Shown here one piece after another: positions 1 through 8,738 of a stretch of DNA of 64,000 nucleotides. Under the pieces are notes generated by a model. It was not told where the DNA came from and did not search any database. It worked only from the letters and a program-made list of their open reading frames with translations. This DNA comes from an uncultured virus (IMG/VR IMGVR_UViG_3300037657_000059) (lineage: Duplodnaviria > Heunggongvirae > Uroviricota > Caudoviricetes). Location: the IMG/VR virus record IMGVR_UViG_3300037657_000059. One strand, given 5' to 3'. The stretch's first letter is position 1; every line of letters starts with the position of its first letter. The position numbers and the translations under genes were made by a program.

Positions 1-126
1 TTGCCTTCAATAATTTGTTTTAAGATGTATTCTCTTTTTAATTCGTTCATTGTTAATGTCACTTTTTCCATATGGTGACATTTTCCCTGAACACTATCAG
101 GGTGTCAAATTCGCTGAACAATCACA
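1..126 (-). mobile_element. Left end of a probable IS1202/ISNCY (IS481-related) insertion sequence with transposase N-terminus, truncated by the window
   Basis: Minus strand starts TGT at 126 with two related subterminal motifs (TGTTCAGCGAATTTGACACC and TGTTCAGGGAAAATGTCACC). ATG at 71 opens MEKVTLTMNELKREYILKQIIEG, resembling the N-terminus of these transposases. Confidence 0.65.
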
Positions 127-143
127 GCCGCCAGGTGGCGACC

Positions 144-171
144 TTGTAAAAACCGTGGTTTAGAGTATAAT
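144..171 (+). promoter_or_regulatory. Sigma70-type promoter for tRNA-Pro
   Basis: TTGTAA-16 nt-TATAAT ending 11 nt upstream of the tRNA. Confidence 0.6.
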
Positions 172-182
172 CCAAATGGCTT

Positions 183-256
183 CGGGGCGTGGCTCAGCCC
201 GGTAGAGTGCACGGTTCGGGTCCGTGAGGTCGGCGGTTCAAATCCGCCCGCCCCGA
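183..256 (+). tRNA. tRNA-Pro (anticodon CGG), CCA not encoded
   Basis: Cloverleaf: acceptor CGGGGCG/CGCCCCG, anticodon arm CACGG-TTCGGGT-CCGTG, T arm GGCGG-TTCAAAT-CCGCC. Confidence 0.97.
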
Positions 257-257
257 C
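213..257 (+). repeat. att core (left boundary of P1), 45 bp
   Basis: Identical to 39328-39372; corresponds to the 3' part of the tRNA from the anticodon arm. Confidence 0.95.
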
Positions 258-375
258 TAAGCGCTACCGAAGGCATCAAGGACAGGCGAAATACCTCTCC
301 GTGGTGCCAACGGTAGCAAGAATCACCACAATTTCCACCAGAACATTGAACAGTTTACCCCAAGGAACGTTTCCG

Positions 376-403
376 GCGAGGTCTACAGTACCCCGCTTTT
401 TTT
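376..403 (+). terminator. Putative intrinsic terminator limiting tRNA read-through into int
   Basis: GCGAGGT-loop-ACCCCGC followed by T7; conserved in P2 at about 39490-39517. Confidence 0.55.
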
Positions 404-416
404 CTTATCAGATTAT

Positions 417-443
417 AGAACATATTATCAGAATATTAATTCT
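417..443 (+). promoter_or_regulatory. Tandem SOS-box-like sites upstream of int
   Basis: AGAAC-ATAT-TATCA and AGAAT-ATTA-ATTCT resemble GAAC-N4-GTTC; conserved at 39531-39557. Confidence 0.45.
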
Positions 444-463
444 ACAACAGGAGGCACCACGGA

Positions 464-1390
464 ATGAAAAATCTAACTTTAGCTCAATCCATCGCCGGCT
501 ATCTCATCAACCTGTCAGCCCGCCACCTATCCCCAAACACGGTCAATGACTACACGAACACGCTCACCAAGCTCACCAGGCACCTGGGGAATGATATTCA
601 GGTATCCGACATCGGAAGTGATCAGATTAATGATTTTCTGGCCAGCTTCAAAGACCTAACCAATAAAACACTCAGCAACTACCATTCCACGCTTTCCGTC
701 TTTTTTGATTGGATGATTACCCAAAAAATCGTCATTGAAAATCCGGTTAATTTTGTACAACGCGCCAAACCCGAACGGCGCGTGATCGATTCGCTGCCGG
801 AAGAGGAGATCAAGAAACTACTCAAAGCAGTCGTTCATACCAATCCTTATTCACGGCCAGGAAAGAAGACCTGCAGCAACCGTTTGCCAGAAGCGGAGCG
901 TAATACCGCCATGATTCTTTTCTTCCTGGATAATGGCTGCCGCGTTTCCGAGCTCTGCAATCTGCAGCTCAAGGATCTGGACATGAAACAGCAACGCGCT
1001 TTTATTCTGGGAAAAGGATCCAAAGAGCGCTTTATTCCCTTCTCGGACCGCACCCGCCAGGCGATCTGGCAGTATCACACCAAACGTGGAGAGCTCTATC
1101 CGGATGATTATGTATTTGCCACAGAGCGCAATCGCCAGCTGGACCGTAATTCCATCCTGAAAATGCTCACCAGGGCATCCACGCGCGCCGGGATCTCACA
1201 CGTCCACCCACACAGATTACGCCATACCTTTGCAATAACCTATATCCGCGCAGGTGGTGGATTGTTTGAACTGCAAATGATCCTTGGCCATGAGACTCTT
1301 GAAATGGTCCGGAATTACTCCAGGCTGGCGCAGTCGGATATAAAAAGAGCACACAGGAGAGCAAGCCCGGTGGAGTTTTTAAGGTTGTAA
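464..1390 (+). CDS. int: Tyrosine integrase (P1)
   Basis: GCRVSEL, GKGSKER, HRLRH, LGH and catalytic Tyr (RNY); adjacent to att. Confidence 0.95.
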   Translation: MKNLTLAQSIAGYLINLSARHLSPNTVNDYTNTLTKLTRHLGNDIQVSDIGSDQINDFLASFKDLTNKTLSNYHSTLSVFFDWMITQKIVIENPVNFVQRAKPERRVIDSLPEEEIKKLLKAVVHTNPYSRPGKKTCSNRLPEAERNTAMILFFLDNGCRVSELCNLQLKDLDMKQQRAFILGKGSKERFIPFSDRTRQAIWQYHTKRGELYPDDYVFATERNRQLDRNSILKMLTRASTRAGISHVHPHRLRHTFAITYIRAGGGLFELQMILGHETLEMVRNYSRLAQSDIKRAHRRASPVEFLRL

Positions 1391-1422
1391 AAATAACTAA
1401 TGTAAAATTAAAATAAATTCTT

Positions 1423-2907
1423 TTGAAAATTCATTGGATCAAGATTATGGTTGGAAAAAAGATTAAACCGATAGTAATTATTTTATTCTTTATTTTTATT
1501 TTCTATCTTTTTTTTATTTTCCAATCCAGTTTTTTTATTAATAATACAAGATATTTCACATTAGTTGATGACGCAATGATTAGCATGAGATATGCTCGTA
1601 ATTTATCAGATGGTTATGGTCTTGTGTGGAATATTGGTGAAAAGCCTATTGAGGGTTTTACAAATCTTGGCTGGACATTAATAATGGTTATCATCCATTT
1701 ATTTCCCATTCCTGAAAATTATATTTCATTATTTGTTATGGTAATTGGAGCTTTAATTCTTATTCTGAATCTATTCATTTATAACCTAATTATTTTTCAC
1801 TTATTTCCAGATTCAAAGTATGTACACATAATTGCAACAATTTTGATAGCATTTTACTTTCCATTGATTTTTTGGACATTAAGGGGAATGGAAGTTGGAT
1901 TACTATGCCTAATTATTTCTACCACGTATCTTTTAATATTAAAAAATAATTCCAAGGCAGTTTACCTTTTTTTTATTGGTCCAATAATAAGATTTGATAT
2001 TGGTTCACAATTAATTTTATTATTTACTAAATCAAAAAAAGTAATTCATTTAATATCTCTACTATTAGGATATTTGGGATTAACACTATTCCGATATTTT
2101 TACTTTGGTTTTCCCCTTCCCAATACATATTATTTGAAGGTAGAAGGAGTAAGTCTTTTAGAAAGGGTTAGTGTAGGGTTTACAACACTAATTAATGTAG
2201 CCCTTTTAGATATTTGGTTTTTATTACTATTAACTATTATTTTGTTTTTTATCACAAAAGAAAAAATAAAGGTTCTATACTTATTTAGTTTATTTTTTAT
2301 TCAGGTTATCTATTCAGTATATGTTGGAGGAGATTATGTTGAGAATATTGTTGGAGGAGCGAATCGGTTTATTATCCAAGGAGTGCCTTATTTAATAATT
2401 ATTTCAGCATTCGCAATAGAACAAATTGGGGAAAAATTATTTAGAATTGAAAGATTAAAATTAATTTATATTATTTCTTTATTTTTATTGACATTAATCT
2501 TTTCTTCTGGATCTCATTGGATTAAGTGGATTTATCAAAACTCGCCAATGCTCAATTCCGATATAAGTAGAGTTGAAAAGGGTTTGTTGATTAAAAATTT
2601 AACAGAGGATGATGCGATTATTGCCGCCCATGCAGTAGGTCAAATCTCTTACTATTCACATAGAAATATTGTTGATCTTCTTGGTAAAAGCGACCAGGTA
2701 ATTGCTTTTGGAGATCCCGCCGCTCCATTTAGACCAGGACATAATAAATGGAATTATGATTACAGTATTTTACAAAAAAAACCGGATATCATTGCGGATA
2801 ATTGGGGAAATATCGAAGAATATTTAGATAACCATAAAAAGTTATATTCATTTCATCATTATGGGATTTGGATTAATCAATTTTCAGATAAAATCATCCT
2901 TCAATAA
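1423..2907 (+). CDS. Polytopic GT-C fold membrane glycosyltransferase (AftB/PMT-like), AT-rich cargo
   Basis: DDAMISMRYARNL-x-G-x-GLVWN..EGFT motif, GME, PNTYYLK, many TM segments. Confidence 0.75.
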   Translation: MKIHWIKIMVGKKIKPIVIILFFIFIFYLFFIFQSSFFINNTRYFTLVDDAMISMRYARNLSDGYGLVWNIGEKPIEGFTNLGWTLIMVIIHLFPIPENYISLFVMVIGALILILNLFIYNLIIFHLFPDSKYVHIIATILIAFYFPLIFWTLRGMEVGLLCLIISTTYLLILKNNSKAVYLFFIGPIIRFDIGSQLILLFTKSKKVIHLISLLLGYLGLTLFRYFYFGFPLPNTYYLKVEGVSLLERVSVGFTTLINVALLDIWFLLLLTIILFFITKEKIKVLYLFSLFFIQVIYSVYVGGDYVENIVGGANRFIIQGVPYLIIISAFAIEQIGEKLFRIERLKLIYIISLFLLTLIFSSGSHWIKWIYQNSPMLNSDISRVEKGLLIKNLTEDDAIIAAHAVGQISYYSHRNIVDLLGKSDQVIAFGDPAAPFRPGHNKWNYDYSILQKKPDIIADNWGNIEEYLDNHKKLYSFHHYGIWINQFSDKIILQ

Positions 2908-2962
2908 TCTTATTGTTTTTCTGAAAAAGAAACAGATAATAATTCAGAGGATTGGTTTCATA

Positions 2963-3706
2963 CTATGCCACTCTATAAATCCAGAAAGACGTTCCATTTG
3001 ATGATTCTCTAATATCCTTAGCTGAACCTTCGTTATGTTCAACTGTTAGTTCACAATACTGTGTCGATTCAAGATATACCAATCTTGCAAATGTTAAAGA
3101 AACGTAGGCATTAGCTCCAGTAGTTGAGGAAAAGACTCTACTTCTACCATCTCCACTGTTGTTTGTTCCACCTTTCCTGATTCTTAAAATACATGATTTC
3201 TGATCTGATAAAGATGCAAATTCAGCAGACCCTCCAACCAAATAATAACCGGTAGCCGGAGCAGTAAGCCTTGTTGTATTTGTTGTATTATCATGATAAT
3301 TGTCTGTATCAAATACCTCTCCATCAAAAGTAATCTCTGTTTCCGTGGCTGTATTCACGCTTTGAGGTGCACTTTTCGTCAACACACAACCGGAAAAAGC
3401 TGGATATGAAGCGGCCGCAGCCGCAGCCCACACAGGATCAGTTGCACCTTGTTTCAAATAATAATTTTCAGTACCTTTGGCCAATCTAGTTGGTGCTCCA
3501 CTCGCCCCACCATAAATAACATCTCCGGCTGTTGTCATGGGATTCGCCATTACAGCCACTTCCGTTCCGGCATCATCTTTAAAATACAGCTTCCCGTCTG
3601 ACTTGGCATAAACCTGAAAATACCCGCTAGCTGGAGTATCCGGAGCACTTGCTTGCTCTTTCAATCGAATTGAATTAATCTCTGCGTTAGTACTTATTTT
3701 AGCCAT
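2963..3706 (-). CDS. Tail fibre/receptor-binding protein with C1q-like C-terminal domain
   Basis: Fibre repeat PMTTAGDVIY..RLAKGT; F-D-x-E-x-FD..T-x-RLTAP-x-TGYY motif. Confidence 0.65.
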   Translation of the reverse strand: MAKISTNAEINSIRLKEQASAPDTPASGYFQVYAKSDGKLYFKDDAGTEVAVMANPMTTAGDVIYGGASGAPTRLAKGTENYYLKQGATDPVWAAAAAASYPAFSGCVLTKSAPQSVNTATETEITFDGEVFDTDNYHDNTTNTTRLTAPATGYYLVGGSAEFASLSDQKSCILRIRKGGTNNSGDGRSRVFSSTTGANAYVSLTFARLVYLESTQYCELTVEHNEGSAKDIRESSNGTSFWIYRVA

Positions 3707-3708
3707 TT

Positions 3709-3963
3709 TTACTCCTCGTAAACTAAGTCTCCGTTATCATCAAATAAAATGTTCATGCTATCATCAACAAGTAGTTCCCCAACAGATACTACACCTGAGC
3801 CACCAATCCATTCCCATAATCCGTTTGAATAAATACCGATCTCATTGGTATCAGTATCAGTAGCAAAAGCCAAAGCCCCCTCCTCTAAACTTGCTGTAAA
3901 GGCTTCAACCTGTGCTTTTGTACCTCTTTGTTGAATGATTCTGGTCTGGTTTTTTAATGCCAT
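3709..3963 (-). CDS. Small tail-fibre-associated protein
   Basis: QQRGT..LEEGALAFATDT motif like fibre N-termini; position among fibre genes. Confidence 0.5.
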   Translation of the reverse strand: MALKNQTRIIQQRGTKAQVEAFTASLEEGALAFATDTDTNEIGIYSNGLWEWIGGSGVVSVGELLVDDSMNILFDDNGDLVYEE

Positions 3964-6273
3964 CTATATGCCTCCAATGGTAATGTTGTATTGCTTCAAA
4001 TCAGCATCATTCTGAGTGCCTTGATAGCTAATAACAACGTACTCATTATTAACTGGATCATAAAGAATATCAGAGTAACCGGCATCTTCAATGGCAGCAT
4101 CCAGATAAAAAGGCCCACTCCATGTTTCACCCTGATCTTTACTTACCCAAACACAGTTCCTTCTTCCCTCAGATGTTCCGGGAACAGTTTGAATAAACCC
4201 AACCACAATAGTCACTCTGTCATTCCACCAGTTGTCCGAACCATGCAAATGAGACCTGGTATAGACCCTGTTTCTGCCCACGGTATTAAACGCAGTGGTT
4301 ATATCCTCTATCGTTTCCCAGGTTGCCCCAAAATCCAAAGAGACTCGTTTATAAGTTTTCTCAAGACCAACATCTCTCAAAATAGCGAGAATTTTATTGT
4401 TTCCAATATATTCCAATCCCACTTCCCAAGTAGGATAATTAACAAAATCTGTAATATCAGAAATATAATCCCAGGTAATTCCATTATCCTCAGATTTCAC
4501 AAATACAGATTTTGCATTTGTTTGTGCTGTACTTTCATGGATTCTAGCCCCTGCATAAATCACACCATCATAAACAAAATGGTCATCGGTCATAAAGACT
4601 AAACTATCACTGACAATCCCAATAAAGTTAATTTGTGCTGGTGTACTCCATGTTTTTCCACCATCTGTTGATCGACTTTGGTATGTGCCATTTGCGGTTA
4701 CCCCATAGTCAATATGCCACATATGGATTAACAAATCACCATTGTCGCAGAGTATTAACCACGGCTCACCGGCATCTTCCCCGGCATCGCAGTCAGGTGG
4801 GTTCATTGGGAATCCGCTTATAGCAGTCCCATCTAAATATTTATCTTCATCGCTCCAGGTTGCCCCATAATCATCCGAGAATTTCAAATGCAACTCACCA
4901 TCATTAGTGTAATGCTTTTCCGCTTCATAATATGCCAGAACCCAAATACCACTTGATAATTCAATCAATGACGCTCTTCCAAACCAGCGTCCTGATGCTG
5001 TTGCTAATGTTGCCGAACTCTCAACGGTGACAGTTGGTGTACTTTGATCCGCCTGAGATAATGTTGTTAACCACCACTGGCCACCAGAAGCAACCGCAAG
5101 ATATAAATTTGAGAAATTCCCATTGTCATTGATAACATAAGCATATTTCCCCAATTCGGTTGTAGGAGATCCGATAACAGAGATTAAATCAGCTTCACTG
5201 GGGGGATTACTCACATTGCCATCAATATGTTGAACTGGAATCAAAGAAATCTCTGAAAATTCACTGGCGTGTTTTCCATCAACCATATCTGCATTTAAGT
5301 TGATATTGAGCGTTGTACTATCGATCAAAAATGGAGATGTCCCGGTTGCGACTAAACTTTTTATTTGGTGGCTAAAAAGTTCATAGGTTGGATTTGGAAC
5401 TAATCTGATGCTTCCATTTCCACTAATTGTCCCTGATACCAAAATATTAGTCAGAATCCCATTATTTACAACATTTGAATTTAATATACTATTTTTACCC
5501 AGTCCAACTAATTCAACTCCTTCTGGAACAGTTATAGTATTGTAATTATTCACAGACACAATCCAACTCACTGAACATGCTCCTGGAGCTGATGCTTGAG
5601 AATCAAATTGATCAATACAGATAACATTTTCACTACCAAAATTAATAAACTCACTTATATCAACTTCTCTTGGAGGATGGTCGTCTCCAGATACGCCTGA
5701 CAGCCATTGATCAACCAGCACACCATTAACATATATTCCATTAGTCCAATCATCTGCGTCCCAAGTTAATATAGCTTGCGTTGCTCCAATTTCGGGTGTG
5801 AATTTATGCCTGAATATCAATCTGTAATTTTTTGGCACATCCATCCACAAAGCATCAGCAGGGGAAACTTTTACTGCTACATCTGTTTCTAATGTGGCAT
5901 AACCCCAACCAGTATCATCAAACCCAACCGCATTCCAGCCTATAGCAGGATCATTACCAGAGTTGCCTTCGCCTAATGAAAAGGCTTTTGTGTTATCAGA
6001 CAAGGAAGAGTAAATTGTATTACCTGATAACCCGTCTATTGTCCCTGCTGGAATCCAAACAGCATCACCATTACTAGCCGCCAATAATGCTGCAGTCAGT
6101 CCATCCGCGTTCATGGCATAATACTTGATCTTTTGTGCACTCTCATCATACAGAATGATCGCATACAGTTCATTATTGCCATCCCCGCTTTTACTATCCA
6201 GCATGGAATTCATATCCCGGATGGCGAACGGTTTGATTTCTTTCCAGACCTCACTGGCTCGATTCACGCTCAT
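3964..6273 (-). CDS. Tail spike/fibre with jelly-roll sugar-binding domain and BNR (Asp-box) sialidase-like beta-propeller
   Basis: Five S-x-D-x-G-x-TW Asp boxes (SDDYGATW, STDGGKTW, SEDNGITW, SLDFGATW, SKDQGETW). Confidence 0.75.
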   Translation of the reverse strand: MSVNRASEVWKEIKPFAIRDMNSMLDSKSGDGNNELYAIILYDESAQKIKYYAMNADGLTAALLAASNGDAVWIPAGTIDGLSGNTIYSSLSDNTKAFSLGEGNSGNDPAIGWNAVGFDDTGWGYATLETDVAVKVSPADALWMDVPKNYRLIFRHKFTPEIGATQAILTWDADDWTNGIYVNGVLVDQWLSGVSGDDHPPREVDISEFINFGSENVICIDQFDSQASAPGACSVSWIVSVNNYNTITVPEGVELVGLGKNSILNSNVVNNGILTNILVSGTISGNGSIRLVPNPTYELFSHQIKSLVATGTSPFLIDSTTLNINLNADMVDGKHASEFSEISLIPVQHIDGNVSNPPSEADLISVIGSPTTELGKYAYVINDNGNFSNLYLAVASGGQWWLTTLSQADQSTPTVTVESSATLATASGRWFGRASLIELSSGIWVLAYYEAEKHYTNDGELHLKFSDDYGATWSDEDKYLDGTAISGFPMNPPDCDAGEDAGEPWLILCDNGDLLIHMWHIDYGVTANGTYQSRSTDGGKTWSTPAQINFIGIVSDSLVFMTDDHFVYDGVIYAGARIHESTAQTNAKSVFVKSEDNGITWDYISDITDFVNYPTWEVGLEYIGNNKILAILRDVGLEKTYKRVSLDFGATWETIEDITTAFNTVGRNRVYTRSHLHGSDNWWNDRVTIVVGFIQTVPGTSEGRRNCVWVSKDQGETWSGPFYLDAAIEDAGYSDILYDPVNNEYVVISYQGTQNDADLKQYNITIGGI

Positions 6274-7127
6274 AAACTGGCCACCTTTTGTTCAATGGAT
6301 GCGGTTGCTGCCCGAATCGCTGCCAGCTCCGCGGAAACATCAATCCCAGGCGTAGGAGTAGGTGATTCTTCTCCATATTTATATTGGCCAAAGAATTCAT
6401 ATAATGCTGGTAGGTCCCGTTTTGCCTGAAACCATACCCAGAAATTCACACCTTCGAAACCAAATTCTTTACAGGTATTCAAAAACTCCTGAATCTGCGC
6501 AACGGTTGGTGCCCAATTATTTACCTTGTAAATAGGTCCGGTTGGAAAATAAGGTAGTTTCGGACTCATTCTTTGGTATTGCTCATACGATGAGACTAAA
6601 TTCATTTTCGCCAGGGTGGATTGCTCCCAATAGACCTGTGGCATATCAAAGTCACAATATTTTCTGAAAACTGCAAATGGAAGATCCCCGTGTAAATCTG
6701 GAAAGCGGTATGAACTCAATCCAATCGGGATATCCGGCATTTCTGCCCGAATCGTTTTCATAATATTTTCAGCTTCTGTGGGTGCACCTTTGATGGGTGC
6801 CTCAGCATCCAGACCATATCCAATTAACTCCGGATGTTTTTTAAATGCTTCAATCGCTCTCTTGGCTCCGCTCAGCCAGGTTGTTTTATAAACAGCACCC
6901 CATCCCCAACACTCCACACCAACATCATTAAGCGCTTTGATGTAAGGGGTAAGATCAGCACCATAGAAAACATTTTCCTCTCCCAAATATCCATCATGAA
7001 TATGTAAGAAAACATGACCTAATCCCAATCGTTTAGCTTCCTGGGCAAGTTTCTGAGGATCACCGCCCTCAGTTGTTTTAATACCCCAGATAAAAAATCC
7101 TTTTCCTTTTGGTAATCTGTTTCTCAT
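6270..7127 (-). CDS. Probable endolysin/glycoside hydrolase (TIM-barrel type)
   Basis: KGFFIW, LDAE and MPQVYW motifs; position analogous to the P2 GH25 lysin. Confidence 0.55.
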   Translation of the reverse strand: MRNRLPKGKGFFIWGIKTTEGGDPQKLAQEAKRLGLGHVFLHIHDGYLGEENVFYGADLTPYIKALNDVGVECWGWGAVYKTTWLSGAKRAIEAFKKHPELIGYGLDAEAPIKGAPTEAENIMKTIRAEMPDIPIGLSSYRFPDLHGDLPFAVFRKYCDFDMPQVYWEQSTLAKMNLVSSYEQYQRMSPKLPYFPTGPIYKVNNWAPTVAQIQEFLNTCKEFGFEGVNFWVWFQAKRDLPALYEFFGQYKYGEESPTPTPGIDVSAELAAIRAATASIEQKVASL

Positions 7128-7187
7128 TTTTTTCTCCTTATCACACCCTTTGGGTGTTCGCCTTTCGCCTAAATCCTAAAACCTAAA

Positions 7188-8738
7188 TCATCCCTGAATA
7201 ACCCCACCCAAATCCATCACATTCCCCTGATCTCTGGTTCTCACAATGTGATACCTTTGATTCATCGCGTCATACTCAGCTTCTTCAATCAAAAACAAAC
7301 TGGGATCCGCAATCATAGAGAGATCCACACTGGTGGGAATCACATCCTGCAGATGGCACCACACGGCAATCAGACAATGACTCTGATCCAGACTCGTGAG
7401 GTTCTTCATCAGCAATTCACCATTTTCTTTCAACGCATAACTGTTTCGGGTGGCTGCCGGCTTTGCGGGTTCCTCATAAATCCGCAACCAGCGATTTTGT
7501 GTCACCTCGCACAACAATCTCCGACTGTTGGAGGTGCCCGCCATTAATAATTTTTCCAGCTCATACAAAGCCGGACTGTCTCCATCCCGGTAAGGATTCG
7601 AATCCACCCCACTATCCACTTCCATGATCACACCCTGCAAGAACTCTCCACAGGTCGCAACCAGTGTGCTGATCTGCGATGTAGTCTCCTGGGAGCCAAC
7701 CACCATAAACAACAAATCGCCCTTATGACTCGCATCCACCCAGGCATTCACGTTCGTATTGTAGTATTTCGGATTTCCACGTGGATATCCCATATTCAGG
7801 TTGGTATCCACCATATAATAATCCGGTCCCTCAAAGACAACCGTTCCAGCTTTGGCAATATGAATCCAATAGGTTGTCCCCGGGTTCAATGTCACGGCCG
7901 TATTCAGCACAAATTCAACCCACTCCGCATTCGTTTCAATCTCACTGGGTGCCACTGACGCGCTCGCCAATGTGGCTCCCGGAATTCCACCGCTATCAGC
8001 TTTCAGAGAGACAACCAGGTTATCTTCGGTCGCTCCAACTTTCCAGACATGCAGCCAGATCGAGGTAGCAGCCCAGGCAACATCGGCACCAATTTGAATC
8101 GCTTGCGCAAAAATCGGCCTGTCATCTTCGCCAATCTCACGCCCGCCTTTTCCTGTGATATCATACGATTCTTTCCCGGATAAATTCTCGTAATAACGCC
8201 AATCCAGTGTGAAAATCCACCCAAGGCATATAATCCTTGCCGAGCCTGTCATCTCATCACCAAAGCTCAAGGTCGGCACCGGGTATTTCGATCCAGCCAG
8301 GTAGGTATCCCTCTGCTGCAGCGCTTCTGTCTCGGTCGTGTCCGATCGGGAAAGCAGGATCTCTTTCTGGCCATACTCGGCAATCGATTCAGCATCTCCG
8401 GACCATTGGGTCGTGTACCGTATATTCTGATCGGTATAAGCAACTGCCACATTGTTAAACATGGTTTCCAGATCGACCCCAAAAGTGATCGCATCCCAAT
8501 TGATCTGGATGTTGGATAAAAAGCCCCACCAGACCACGTCACCCTTTTCGGTCACAATCTCCACCGGCGATCGCATGTGATTCACCAGCTCAAACAAATC
8601 TGATCGACTGCCAGTTGCTATCACACTCGCTATTTTCGGACCGCCAAAAGTAAACCAGGAATATCGCTCCACTTCAAATTCAAGATTCAGTGGAATGATC
8701 AGATCATCAAAATCCCTGCGCTTCATCAAAAACTTCAT
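7188..8738 (-). CDS. Minor tail/baseplate hub protein
   Basis: ESIAEYGQKE motif; second gene after the tape measure. Confidence 0.6.
   Translation of the reverse strand: MKFLMKRRDFDDLIIPLNLEFEVERYSWFTFGGPKIASVIATGSRSDLFELVNHMRSPVEIVTEKGDVVWWGFLSNIQINWDAITFGVDLETMFNNVAVAYTDQNIRYTTQWSGDAESIAEYGQKEILLSRSDTTETEALQQRDTYLAGSKYPVPTLSFGDEMTGSARIICLGWIFTLDWRYYENLSGKESYDITGKGGREIGEDDRPIFAQAIQIGADVAWAATSIWLHVWKVGATEDNLVVSLKADSGGIPGATLASASVAPSEIETNAEWVEFVLNTAVTLNPGTTYWIHIAKAGTVVFEGPDYYMVDTNLNMGYPRGNPKYYNTNVNAWVDASHKGDLLFMVVGSQETTSQISTLVATCGEFLQGVIMEVDSGVDSNPYRDGDSPALYELEKLLMAGTSNSRRLLCEVTQNRWLRIYEEPAKPAATRNSYALKENGELLMKNLTSLDQSHCLIAVWCHLQDVIPTSVDLSMIADPSLFLIEEAEYDAMNQRYHIVRTRDQGNVMDLGGVIQG

Noticed and set aside
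264..316. Long hairpin after the tRNA as an ncRNA
   Set aside because: Better explained by inverted integrase arm-type sites, since the same motif recurs singly on both sides of att. An RNA role is not fully excluded.
2909..2962. Shared linker GGTTTCATA at the GT/fibre boundary (also about 41444-41452)
   Set aside because: Only a 9-bp exact match with weak flanking similarity; insufficient to call a recombination site.
2963..6273. Diversity-generating retroelement or shufflon acting on fibre genes
   Set aside because: No reverse transcriptase, no template/variable repeat pair and no inverted fibre cassettes were seen; the second recombinase is far away with a single site.
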